A DNA stretch of 64,000 bases from assembly GCA_041653535.1 (NCBI GenBank), contig JBAZFH010000001.1:6052-70051 (forward strand), read 5' to 3'. The stretch is from Patescibacteria group bacterium. Its GTDB lineage: Bacteria > Patescibacteriota > Patescibacteriia > JACRDY01. The position numbers were made by a program, and so were the translations under genes. A model generated the notes under the pieces. The model saw only the letters and a list, made by a program, of their open reading frames with translations. It was not told the DNA's origin and did no database searches. Shown here piece after piece: positions 20,240 to 29,703 of the stretch; within the stretch, counting starts at the first letter, position 1; each line of letters begins with the position of its first letter.

Positions 20240-22531
20240 ATGTATCATTTTAAAACTATTCAAGACATCGACATTTCTTACAAAAAAGTTTTACTCCGTG
20301 TAGCGCTCGATATCCCGCTGCGGCACGGCAAAGTAGCCGAAGATTATCGCATTAGACAGATACTGCCAACGCTTGCCTATTTGCTCAAAAAAAATTGTAG
20401 CGCGGTGATTGTTACTTGGCTCGGTCGACCTGATGGCAAAGTGATGGAAGAATATCGGCTCGACCCGGTAGCAAAACGTTTGTCGCAGCTGATCCGTCGA
20501 CCTGTAAAAAAAGTAAATGATTGTGTCGGTCCGGAATCGCAAAAAGCGGTTTTTGATTTGGAACCAGGAGAAATATTGATGTTAGAAAATACTCGTTTTC
20601 ATCCTGAGGAAATGAGCGCCGATCCTGATTTTACTCGTCGGCTAGCCGATGGTTTTGATATTGAAGTGTTTGACGGCTTTGCTCAAAGTCACCGCGTTCA
20701 TGCATCGACTACCGGATTACTCGATTATTTGCCGACGGTTTCCGGGTTTTTATTGCAAAAAGAAATGGACGCACTGGGTGGAGTCTTGCATCAGCCATCT
20801 CGTCCATTGACTTTGATCATTGGCGGTGCCAAAGTTTCCGACAAAATCGGCCTGACGGCTAATTTGATTTCCAAAGCCGACAAGGTTTTGATTGGCGGAG
20901 TTTGTGCTAGCGTTTTTATCAAAGCTCGCGGTCAAGATGTGGGGCAGTCTTATCTAGCCGATGTTTTCGTGAATCAAGCCAAAAAAGGTGGTAAAAAAGA
21001 TTATTTTGCTATCGCCAAATTTTTGCTCAAAAAATATCCAAACAAAATAATGTTGCCACTCGACATGATTGCTGCCAGTGATAAAAAGGGGACGAAAACC
21101 AAGGTGGTTGATTTGGTTACCGATGACATTCCCAAGGGTTGGTCGTTTTTTGATATCGGTCCGGAAACGGTAAAAATGTTTGCCAAACAAATCAATCGCA
21201 GCAAAACCGTACTCTGGAACGGCCCGATGGGAATGTATGAAAATAAGAAATTTGAAACCGGTACTGCTAGTTTGGTTAAAGCCGTAGCTGGTAGCGACGC
21301 TGTTTCTATCGGTGGCGGTGGCGACACTGAAGAGTTGATCGGCAAATACGGTCTCGCTGGCAAGTTTTCTCATGTTTCTACCGGTGGCGGAGCGATGTTG
21401 GAATTTTTATCCGGTAAAAAACTGCCGGTACTCGAAGCAATGGTAAAAAATCAGCACAATATCAGGCTTTGGCGACTCGGACCAAAACCGGTTGTTGCTT
21501 TTACCAAGGAAAACAATCCGTATTTTCGTTATCCTTTCCATAACCTCAAAGAAATTCTTGGCCCGGCGCAAAGAAATAAATTTGGCGTGCCGGCTTGTAA
21601 CATTCGTTCCAAATATATTTTGGACGCTGTACTGCAAGCGGCTTTTGAAGAGCGTTCTCCGGTAATACTCGAGATAGCCGAGTCGGAGATGGGATATTGC
21701 AATATTCCTCCCGAGCGGATGATCGATCTGGTTTTGGAGCGACTGCCAAAATTGGAAAAAAAGTTTGGCTACCGCGTTCCTGTTTGTCTGCATGCCGATC
21801 ATATGCAAAAAGATTTACTCCTAGCAGAAAGAGCGATGAAAGCCGGATTTTCCTCGGCGCTGATTGATCAGTCAGCTTATCCGCTGGACTACAATATTTC
21901 AGTGGTCAGATCTTTTGTCCAAAAAGCGCACCCGCTCGGTATTACGATTGAAGGTGAAATCGGTCAGATCGGTCAAGGAATGTCTGGCAAAGGTCAATTG
22001 GTTGGTAAAGATGTTCTAACGCATGCGCCGTCGGTGCATGAAGCGGTTGAATTTATTTCCCAGACGGGAGTCGATGCTTTTGCCGGATTTTTTGGCAACT
22101 ATCACGGTAAGTACGAAAAAGAGGCAACTATCGTTTGGCCGCGGATCAAGCAAATTGATAAACAGATCAAAAAAAGAGTTTGGACTGTGCCGATAGTTTT
22201 ACATGGTACCAGTTATCTGCGTACCAAAGACTTTGATCATATCAAGGTGTATCACCAGGCAATCAAATGCGGTATGCACAAGTTTAATTATGGAACGATG
22301 CTTTCTGATATTTTTAAAGACTATTTGCCGCAAAAGTTGGTAGACAAGATGGACAATTTTGCCGAGGGCGGCGAAGAAAATTGGAAAAAAGGACTGGGAC
22401 ATTATGAAAAAGAAATCGATGCGCTAGATCCAGCGGTACTAAAAAAAGCCGTAGATGGTATCAAAAAGCATGTCAAAGAGATGATGAAAAAGGCGTGGTA
22501 TTGTTCGGGAAAGGTGAAGTTATACAAATAG
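20240..22531 (+). CDS. pgk: fusion protein: phosphoglycerate kinase (N-terminal, about 400 aa) + class II fructose-bisphosphate aldolase (C-terminal, about 360 aa)
   Basis: N-terminal Pgk motifs (KKVLLRVALDIPL ... STGGGAML). C-terminal class II FBA motifs (LHADH, ALIDQS, EGEIG, GFFGNYHG, LHGTS). Single uninterrupted 763-aa ORF. Confidence 0.8.
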   Translation: MYHFKTIQDIDISYKKVLLRVALDIPLRHGKVAEDYRIRQILPTLAYLLKKNCSAVIVTWLGRPDGKVMEEYRLDPVAKRLSQLIRRPVKKVNDCVGPESQKAVFDLEPGEILMLENTRFHPEEMSADPDFTRRLADGFDIEVFDGFAQSHRVHASTTGLLDYLPTVSGFLLQKEMDALGGVLHQPSRPLTLIIGGAKVSDKIGLTANLISKADKVLIGGVCASVFIKARGQDVGQSYLADVFVNQAKKGGKKDYFAIAKFLLKKYPNKIMLPLDMIAASDKKGTKTKVVDLVTDDIPKGWSFFDIGPETVKMFAKQINRSKTVLWNGPMGMYENKKFETGTASLVKAVAGSDAVSIGGGGDTEELIGKYGLAGKFSHVSTGGGAMLEFLSGKKLPVLEAMVKNQHNIRLWRLGPKPVVAFTKENNPYFRYPFHNLKEILGPAQRNKFGVPACNIRSKYILDAVLQAAFEERSPVILEIAESEMGYCNIPPERMIDLVLERLPKLEKKFGYRVPVCLHADHMQKDLLLAERAMKAGFSSALIDQSAYPLDYNISVVRSFVQKAHPLGITIEGEIGQIGQGMSGKGQLVGKDVLTHAPSVHEAVEFISQTGVDAFAGFFGNYHGKYEKEATIVWPRIKQIDKQIKKRVWTVPIVLHGTSYLRTKDFDHIKVYHQAIKCGMHKFNYGTMLSDIFKDYLPQKLVDKMDNFAEGGEENWKKGLGHYEKEIDALDPAVLKKAVDGIKKHVKEMMKKAWYCSGKVKLYK

Positions 22532-22814
22532 AGTTAGTATATAGTATGTAGTATATAGGGGGGGCGAGAGCCCTCCTTTTTGTGTCCATAGCTTGGCTTA
22601 TAATAGCACAAAAATTGTTTAATTTTAGGCAAATTATAGGTTAAATGATTTACAAGAATAGCGTTTTATGCTATGATTACATATTAATTTACAGGAGGTC
22701 ATTTACAATACAATTAACCAAAAATTTTTTGAGATGGGCGTTTTGGATACTATTTTTAGTATTTAGAACGCTCGTCTCAATTCCGGGACGGCATCTATGG
22801 AAAGGAGGGCGATC

Positions 22815-23591
22815 ATGGCTCAGCCAATGACGTCCGAACAGGAAAGGCAGATCAAGAGGTTCTTCGAAGATGCTCTCATCGGTCTCGGATTGACGAAGGA
22901 CCAAGCGCAAACCCTGATTACTTCCGGCGGAGAGTTCCAGCAAGAAGTGAAGGATCTGATGCTGGCTTTCGTCACCGGAAAGCAGGTGTACAAGTTGGCC
23001 CGCGCCATTCTCGGGAACGATTTCATCACCCCCGAAGAGGTGGCCAAGACCCGCGGCATCACCTACACCGAAGAACAGCTCCGTCAATTCAGCAACACCC
23101 TTCCCAAGGTCGAAGTGCTCCAGTGGCTCCGCGAACACGGCTACATGCTGGTTCCCGGACCGGCCAACCCCATCGCGTTACTCGACATTCGCGTCATGAA
23201 CGCCACTTACTTCTACAGCAAGGAAGGCGGTTGGTACGCGAATGACAGCGAGAAGTTCTCGCGCGATGACAAGGCGGCGGTCAAATGGCTCGCTGTCCGC
23301 AAGGACATCGTACCCGACTCCACCAGCAAAACCTGGGAAGAGCAAACGGTGCTTCTGTCGTCCGACGAGTACGTCCCGAACGCCGGTGAATTCGCCTGGG
23401 CCATCACCACGTACTACGCCGTTCGTGGCATCTACCTGTTCCCGGGTCTCTACGCCCGCACCTCTTCCGTGGGCTCTGACGGCGGTCGCGTCGATCTGGG
23501 CGATTTCGGCTCGAGCGGCCTGCGCGTCGACTACTATTTCGACGACAATCGCTCTGGCGATCTCGGCGTCGCTTCGGCCCGGAAGTTGTAG
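22815..23591 (+). CDS. hypothetical protein encoded in a high-GC (about 60%) island
   Basis: RBS AAGGAGG + 7 nt + ATG at 22815. Strongly GC3-biased codons unlike neighbours. Many spurious overlapping ORFs on both strands, typical of high GC. Terminator hairpin ggctcaacttcggttgagcc at about 23673-23702. Confidence 0.5.
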   Translation: MAQPMTSEQERQIKRFFEDALIGLGLTKDQAQTLITSGGEFQQEVKDLMLAFVTGKQVYKLARAILGNDFITPEEVAKTRGITYTEEQLRQFSNTLPKVEVLQWLREHGYMLVPGPANPIALLDIRVMNATYFYSKEGGWYANDSEKFSRDDKAAVKWLAVRKDIVPDSTSKTWEEQTVLLSSDEYVPNAGEFAWAITTYYAVRGIYLFPGLYARTSSVGSDGGRVDLGDFGSSGLRVDYYFDDNRSGDLGVASARKL

Positions 23592-23774
23592 GACTTCGGT
23601 TCTCGGCTTCTTGTCCCTTTTGGATTTTTGGTCTTCCGCCACGCAGTGGCGGTCGCGATAAAATCGCAATCACGGCTCAACTTCGGTTGAGCCTTTTCTT
23701 TTTTGATAAATTTTTAAAGGTAAGATGTGGCGGAATTTTTTTATTTCCGAGGATATGTTAAACTACTAAACACT

Positions 23775-25049
23775 ATGCAATATATCGCCGATCTACATAT
23801 TCACTCCAAATATTCTCGAGCCTGCAGCCCGCAGCTGACGCTGGAAAATATCAGCAAGTACTGCGCCATCAAAGGCGTTGACGTGGTAGCAACAGGGGAC
23901 TTTACCCACCCGATTTGGTTTAAAGAAATAGAAACTAAACTGGTCGAAGACGGGAGTGGAATCTATAAACTGAGAAATGCCGATGACAAAACGCGTTTTG
24001 TTTTGAGTACGGAGATTAGCTGTATTTATTCCAAGAGTGTTCCAGGCCAAAAAGAAGGATCAAAAAAAGTTCGTCGGCTGCATATTGTTGTTTTGGCGCC
24101 GGATATTGATACGGTAAGAAAGATAAATGAGACTCTTGGTAAAATCGGCAACCTGCGTTCCGATGGTCGGCCGATACTTGGCCTAGACGCCAAGCGACTA
24201 GCGCAAATAGTTTTTGATATCTCACCTCGCTGTATGGTAATCCCGGCGCACGCCTGGACACCGTGGTTTGCGGTATTTGGTAGCAAGTCCGGATTTGATT
24301 CGCTGCAAGAATGTTTTGAAGAGTACACGGATAAAATTTATGCGATTGAAACAGGACTATCTTCCGACCCGCCAATGAACTGGCGACTGTCAGCTCTTGA
24401 TAATGTCGCTCTGATTTCGAACTCCGACGCACATTCACTACCTAATATCGGCCGCGAAGCTAACGTGTTTGATTTGCCGGAACTAACTTACGACCAGATT
24501 TGCGATGCGATAAAAGATAAAGATAAAAAAAGATTTCTTTATACCATAGAGTTTTACCCCGAAGAGGGGATGTATCACTTTGACGGTCATCGGGATTGTG
24601 CCGTTTGTTTACCGCCAAGCGAGACTAGAAAACAAAAAGGTGTTTGTCCAAAGTGCAAAAAATATTTAACTGTGGGGGTGTTAAGTCGCATCGAAGAGTT
24701 GGCTGATCGACCGGAAGGGTTTATGCCGCCAGAGGCGATACCTTACAAAAGCTTGGTAGAACTAGACAAAATTATTGCCGAAAGTTTAAACATCAAATCT
24801 CGTCAGTCAAAAGGCGTACAGAGTGAATACGATAATTTGGTGAAAAAGGGGAAAAACGAAATGAATGTTTTATTAAACCTTGATTATAAGGAACTAGAAA
24901 AAATTACATCTTCAAAAATAGTTGAAGGCATCCGCCGTGTTCGTGAGGGAAAACTGATTATCCGCCCCGGATTTGACGGACAGTACGGAAAAATAGAAAT
25001 TTTTTCTCCGGCAGAGCGCGAAGAAAGTTTTCAGAAAAAACTACTTTAG
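23775..25049 (+). CDS. Endonuclease Q (EndoQ)-like PHP-domain nuclease with C-terminal Cys4 zinc finger
   Basis: N-terminal ADLHIHSKYSRA ... VVATGDFTHPIW (PHP metal site). C-terminal CAVCLPP ... CPKCKK zinc ribbon. The roughly 420-aa length matches archaeal/Bacillus EndoQ. Confidence 0.6.
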   Translation: MQYIADLHIHSKYSRACSPQLTLENISKYCAIKGVDVVATGDFTHPIWFKEIETKLVEDGSGIYKLRNADDKTRFVLSTEISCIYSKSVPGQKEGSKKVRRLHIVVLAPDIDTVRKINETLGKIGNLRSDGRPILGLDAKRLAQIVFDISPRCMVIPAHAWTPWFAVFGSKSGFDSLQECFEEYTDKIYAIETGLSSDPPMNWRLSALDNVALISNSDAHSLPNIGREANVFDLPELTYDQICDAIKDKDKKRFLYTIEFYPEEGMYHFDGHRDCAVCLPPSETRKQKGVCPKCKKYLTVGVLSRIEELADRPEGFMPPEAIPYKSLVELDKIIAESLNIKSRQSKGVQSEYDNLVKKGKNEMNVLLNLDYKELEKITSSKIVEGIRRVREGKLIIRPGFDGQYGKIEIFSPAEREESFQKKLL

Positions 25050-25119
25050 ATAAATAATTCTTGATCAAAAAAACCCACTGTAACTACAATGGATTTTTTT
25101 GTTTGAGATAAAGAGATAC

Positions 25120-25224
25120 TTATCTCTTTTTAGCCTTTTTAGCCTTCTTTGCCTTTTTAGCCTTCTTTGCTGGCTTTTTGGCTTTTTTTACGGCTTTTTT
25201 GGCTGCTTTTTTCTTTTTAGCCAT
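25120..25224 (-). CDS. candidate 34-aa Lys/Ala-rich histone H1/Hc1-like basic peptide
   Basis: Minus-strand translation is MAKKKKAAKKAVKKAKKPAKKAKKAKKAKKAKKR. No obvious SD; below the 60-aa ORF cutoff so absent from the track. Confidence 0.35.
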   Translation of the reverse strand: MAKKKKAAKKAVKKAKKPAKKAKKAKKAKKAKKR

Positions 25225-25506
25225 AGTTTTTGTTTTTGAGAGAATAGTTTTAAAATTTTTTCTCTCTTACAAATTATTTTTAAAAATAACTTGTGAGAAG
25301 TTTTTTTGCTAAAAAAGCAAAAATATTTCTCTACGACTATAATTATAGCATTTTTTTGCCACCTTAACAATAATTCAGTTAAATAAAACTGTGGATAACT
25401 TTATTTTTTTAAAGAAAAATTTTTTTTAAAAGTTTTTATTTTGAAAAATAATAAATTTTTTTATTATTTTTTTTATACAAATAAAAAATGATTCCCGAGG
25501 GGGGAA

Positions 25507-25905
25507 TCATTTGATGATGATTTCAAGTGTTGGATCGATTTTGGAGCAGGCTTCGGCCACGAGTCGGCGGTGACAATGTTCCGGCGTGTCCTCGATGCAC
25601 ATAATAGTGACATCGCCGGCACGCGCCATGCGAATTAGGTGCTCGAGCCACATTTGGGTTATCGGGCGCGCCAGGTGTTCGTCGAACCTTGCGGAAAATT
25701 CCGACCAGGTCATCCCATTTTTGTAATAGGCGCCGATCAGTTTTGGTGGGGGAGCTAATTCCTTCATTGTTCGATTAAAGAGGTCTTCGGTAATACGCGG
25801 GTCAGGGGTGGTGCCGTCGGATAAGGTGTGCCGACTCATGATGGAGATGCGCAGACCGTCGTTTTGCTCTTTTGGTGCTAGAATTGATTTGGTTTTGAGG
25901 GGCAA
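25507..25905 (-). CDS. DUF488 family protein
   Basis: N-terminal KxKxI..P...DGxRI.I.R and C-terminal MCIEDTPEHCHRR motifs typical of DUF488. TTG start with GGAGA RBS. Confidence 0.55.
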   Translation of the reverse strand: MPLKTKSILAPKEQNDGLRISIMSRHTLSDGTTPDPRITEDLFNRTMKELAPPPKLIGAYYKNGMTWSEFSARFDEHLARPITQMWLEHLIRMARAGDVTIMCIEDTPEHCHRRLVAEACSKIDPTLEIIIK

Positions 25906-26104
25906 TGGGTTATCTCCTTTTTGAAAATTGGTTTTGATGGTCGTCCTAGATTACTGCAATTCGGCAGAAAAAGCAATATCCACAGCCTGATTGACAGCTG
26001 GCTGGTTATGCTTTATAATAATTAGTCCTTTAACAATCTATAAACGATCACGTTGTGTTCCTACTGTATTATAAATAGCCATAGGCTATGGAAAGGAGAG
26101 CGCA

Positions 26105-26425
26105 ATGTCTCTGATTTGTATTGAGAATGGAAGGGATGTCATTTTTGGCGAGACGTTGATGGCTGCGACCCGGCCGGGCGGAAAAATATTTTCGGCTCTG
26201 AGTCCGGAAGTGATCGATTCGATTCCCGAGACGGAACGTAAATATCAGCCGTCGCAACCGGGAGAAGGTGGTGTTCACATCCACCTGGCGACATCGGATA
26301 TAAACTGGAACGGCGCTTATACAGTCGTTGATTTCGCCTTGGGCGAGTTTTTTTTCTCGATTTCCGAGGAAACCGCCGTCAGGTATTTGCCCAACTTCGT
26401 TGGGCGGTTTCCGGCTACTGCCTAA
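26105..26425 (+). CDS. hypothetical protein
   Basis: RBS GGAAAGGAGAG; intrinsic terminator at 26436-26464. The overlapping antisense ORF 26069..26437 is judged spurious. Confidence 0.45.
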   Translation: MSLICIENGRDVIFGETLMAATRPGGKIFSALSPEVIDSIPETERKYQPSQPGEGGVHIHLATSDINWNGAYTVVDFALGEFFFSISEETAVRYLPNFVGRFPATA

Positions 26426-26476
26426 ACTCAACAACAAAACCCCGTCGAAAGATGGGGTTTTTGCTATCCGAAATTT

Positions 26477-26821
26477 TTATTTTAAAACATCCAACATTTC
26501 TAGTAATTCTTGTTTTATGTTATTAGGTGGAACAGTGTCTTGGCTCGGATACTGTTCTTTCAGTTCGTACAGTCTTTGTTTTAAATCTTCCAACCTTTTT
26601 ATGATAGCGGTATACTTTGCTATTCCAACTTCATTTTTTACCTCTTTGCTGCTTAAGTACGTTTCAATAATAAAAACACGGGTGCCAAAACACGCCATCC
26701 AGGAATTACTAGTCCTAGCAAATTCTTCCTCGATTTTAGTTGATGAGTTCATGATCGCATCTTGCGCTTCCTGGAGGCTGGTTTTGGTCTGTTCACTAGA
26801 TGGACTTGGTTCTTTTATCAT
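26477..26821 (-). CDS. hypothetical coiled-coil protein
   Basis: 114-aa ORF. The opposite-strand ORF 26328..26861 is low-complexity and likely spurious. Confidence 0.35.
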   Translation of the reverse strand: MIKEPSPSSEQTKTSLQEAQDAIMNSSTKIEEEFARTSNSWMACFGTRVFIIETYLSSKEVKNEVGIAKYTAIIKRLEDLKQRLYELKEQYPSQDTVPPNNIKQELLEMLDVLK

Positions 26822-26917
26822 ACGAATTTTTATAAGTGGCTGCGTTCTTAGCTTAAATTAAATAATAAATTAAGTCAATTTGAAATAAAAGAAGGGACTA
26901 CGTTGTCCCTTCAAGGT

Positions 26918-27337
26918 TTAAGAATTGATAATCCTTTCCGCCAGTATACAGGCGTGGAGAAAGCCTTTTTCGTTGTAGCCGGTGTAAGCTAGAGGAACGC
27001 CGTTGGGCATGGACGACAGATTAAATGTCGCATCCTCAATCAAGGACTGACCGGGATTTTTGGTGAAACGAACTCCAAAAATTGGGATACTCCTTTCTTT
27101 TAGATAACCGGCGATAACACCCGGTAGTCCAGTCGCTGTTGCTGCGCCTCCAATAATCACTTTGAGATTTTTGTTTTTAAGCGACTCGATGATTTTTGCG
27201 TTGGTTTTTTGAGGTTCTCTGTGGGTTGAGCTTACGATGACTTCATGTTTTACGCTATGTTGGTTGAGATACTCCAGTCCATCATGTAAAAAATGTTCGT
27301 CACTTGAACTTCCGATCATGATAATCAAATGAACCAT
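26918..27337 (-). CDS. PurE-like (AIR carboxylase fold) protein
   Basis: IMIGSSSDEHF ... SSTHREP ... IIGGAATATGLPGVIAG ... PIFGV match PurE/LarB-type fold motifs. Confidence 0.55.
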   Translation of the reverse strand: MVHLIIMIGSSSDEHFLHDGLEYLNQHSVKHEVIVSSTHREPQKTNAKIIESLKNKNLKVIIGGAATATGLPGVIAGYLKERSIPIFGVRFTKNPGQSLIEDATFNLSSMPNGVPLAYTGYNEKGFLHACILAERIINS

Positions 27338-27407
27338 CTTGTCCTCCTGTGTATTTTTTGTTACTTCTAGAGTGGTATTTCAGCTAATTTTTTGGACGAA
27401 AAAATTT

Positions 27408-28733
27408 TTAATAACGCAGGGAATCTTCGGCCATTTTCGTTATAGTTTCACCTTCAAAGTTGTAAAGCTTTACTTGAGTCTTTGAAAACGGATTAATACT
27501 TTGTGGGGTTATAACAACGAAATTCATGGTTGTTAGATCGGGATTGTGATCGATCCAGGTGCCGGAGTTTGCATAGATTGATTTTTTTCCATTGTGATTA
27601 TTAGACGAAATGATTTTCGCAACATGGGTATGTCCAAAAATAACAATTCTCTTATCAGAATCAGGGTTCATGAAATATTGTACTATTGCCTGATTATCCG
27701 TTTCTTCCGCGGAAGAAGCCTTGGCAATAGCTTGATCTACGGGAATATTGACGGCCACTTTGTTGATAGTTTGTCTTTGGTCCCAAGTATCCTGGATTCC
27801 CTTGAAGAGATTAACGTCCAGTTTTCCGCCGGCTGTTAGTTGATAGGGTAGCAGGTCGTTAACCGCATATGTTTTGGTGAACCCATCAACGTTTGTTACG
27901 ATAATTTTTTCGCTAAGTCTCTCTTTTATCGGCAGATAATTTATCGCCCATTCCCAAAGTTTCCAATAGGCAAACAACGAGTTTTGGCTTGCGTCACCAG
28001 AAATATTTGGTGTAACAACTGGCATGGTATCGCCCGGTTGTGGATTTTTTTGTATCACGTGAAGAGCAGCTATTCTGGTAAAAAAGTATCCCGGAGGCAT
28101 TATGGTCCCCGGTGCGACAGCTTGGTTGGAAATCGGATCTGGCGCGCAGAAAAAATTGTACCGATGACCGTGCTCAATAGCAATTTTCGGATAATCAGTC
28201 GGTGAATAAGTGCCCAAGCCTTGCTCTTTGTCTCGTACCTGATTTATTCCCGGGAGAATAAGGTCAATATTTTCCGCAGTTATTGTCAGATCATGGTTTC
28301 CGGGAACATAGGTGACCAAAATTTTTCCGGATTTGATTATGTCGTTAAAAGCATCAATCACGTCTTTGTTTGTTGCCGCAATACGCTGTACAAAATCACG
28401 TTGATCTTTTCCGGCATAAGTATCTATTGTTGCTGGCACAAACCATTCATCGAGCAGGTCTCCGGCTATAACTAACTCCTTGATGTTTGGTGATGCGCTG
28501 ATTTGTTTGAGTAGTTTTTGGAGAGAGGAGAGGTTTTTGTTGCACTCGGCATAAGCGATGTCGGCACCAAGATGAAGGTCGCTGAGAACGACTATCATAT
28601 TCCTTTTGTTTCCTCCGTTTGAAAATTGGTCTATTGGGTCAGTCGATTTTAATCTGCCGTACAATACAAAGGCAACTAAAAAGACTATGATAATGATGAT
28701 AACTCCACTTAAAATTTTTGCTGTTTTTTTCAT
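27408..28733 (-). CDS. calcineurin-like metallophosphoesterase with N-terminal TM anchor
   Basis: Motifs DLHLG, GDLLDEW, GNHD, GHRY and GHTH. Confidence 0.75.
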   Translation of the reverse strand: MKKTAKILSGVIIIIIVFLVAFVLYGRLKSTDPIDQFSNGGNKRNMIVVLSDLHLGADIAYAECNKNLSSLQKLLKQISASPNIKELVIAGDLLDEWFVPATIDTYAGKDQRDFVQRIAATNKDVIDAFNDIIKSGKILVTYVPGNHDLTITAENIDLILPGINQVRDKEQGLGTYSPTDYPKIAIEHGHRYNFFCAPDPISNQAVAPGTIMPPGYFFTRIAALHVIQKNPQPGDTMPVVTPNISGDASQNSLFAYWKLWEWAINYLPIKERLSEKIIVTNVDGFTKTYAVNDLLPYQLTAGGKLDVNLFKGIQDTWDQRQTINKVAVNIPVDQAIAKASSAEETDNQAIVQYFMNPDSDKRIVIFGHTHVAKIISSNNHNGKKSIYANSGTWIDHNPDLTTMNFVVITPQSINPFSKTQVKLYNFEGETITKMAEDSLRY

Positions 28734-28961
28734 AGTATAAAATTATTTATTTTGTCTGTTATGTTTAAAAATTTATTGTTGATAACGTTTTGGCGTAGGC
28801 GAAGTTCGTTTGAAGCAATTTGCCATAATCTTGTGACTGCCCACCGCAGCTTTAGTATAGGCGGGAGCATTGACAAACTATAACGTCAGGGATAAAAGAA
28901 GTTTTCGGAGCATAGCTAAAGAAAAATTTGGGTGTAGCGTAGCGCAACCAGATATGCCGTG

Positions 28962-29507
28962 TTAGACGATATTGCCGTGTGAATTTCGAAAAGGAAAAAT
29001 TGCGTCCTTGATATTGCGCTCAAAGAAATTAAGGTGCGCCGTTCCTGTAATAATTACAATATTACCACCTTCAATAATATTTGCCTCAACGTTTTTAAGC
29101 ATCTCATTCTCGCGCGCCCTCTCTTTATCTTGGTCAATTAGTTTATCTAGGCCATCAACATCTAGCAATTTTTCATTTTCGATTTTATTAAAGTTCTTCC
29201 ATGATAACTTTTTTATCAATTTTTTTTGTTTCTCAATCATCGCTTGATTATCCTCGGGCATAACGCCCTCCCGAAAAACATCTATTTTTGAATCGAAACC
29301 CGCTACGTTCACATTATTATTTTTAGCCCATTCAAACGCAAATATCATTTCGGGAGGGTATGAACTTAAATCTTTTTTAACAATATCATCGTTAGCTATC
29401 TCAACCAATAGTTGGTCAGGCTCAAAACTTTCAATAACCTCTTTAAGTTCATTGTTTGGCGTTATGCCAGCGTGTAAAGTGCCAATAACTATGATTTTTC
29501 TCGGCAT
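28962..29507 (-). CDS. hypothetical protein, possibly TraB/GumN-like
   Basis: Start at the internal ATG (MPRKIIVIGTLHAG...). Two GT(L/A)H-containing segments reminiscent of the TraB family. Weak call. Confidence 0.35.
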   Translation of the reverse strand: MPRKIIVIGTLHAGITPNNELKEVIESFEPDQLLVEIANDDIVKKDLSSYPPEMIFAFEWAKNNNVNVAGFDSKIDVFREGVMPEDNQAMIEKQKKLIKKLSWKNFNKIENEKLLDVDGLDKLIDQDKERARENEMLKNVEANIIEGGNIVIITGTAHLNFFERNIKDAIFPFRNSHGNIV

Positions 29508-29703
29508 AAAAAATTGATAAAAAAATAATTCACACGGCAATTTCACATAACTAGCTACTATCTGCAGTGTTTGGGTGATAAGTGCCGTTTTTGGTGTGTT
29601 GTGCGCGGAGTTTAGAAGGATTTAATCTTTACTAAAGTACTGTGGATAGTAGAATAAGATAAATTGATTTATCTTATCTAAATTTAGCAAATAACCAAAT
29701 TTT

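Noticed and set aside
23178-23673. Overlapping ORFs (23178-23669 minus, 23242-23661 plus, 23404-23673 minus) in the GC-rich island
   Set aside because: High GC suppresses stop codons in all frames. Arg/Pro/Ala-rich low-complexity translations look spurious. Only the 22815-23591 frame has an RBS.
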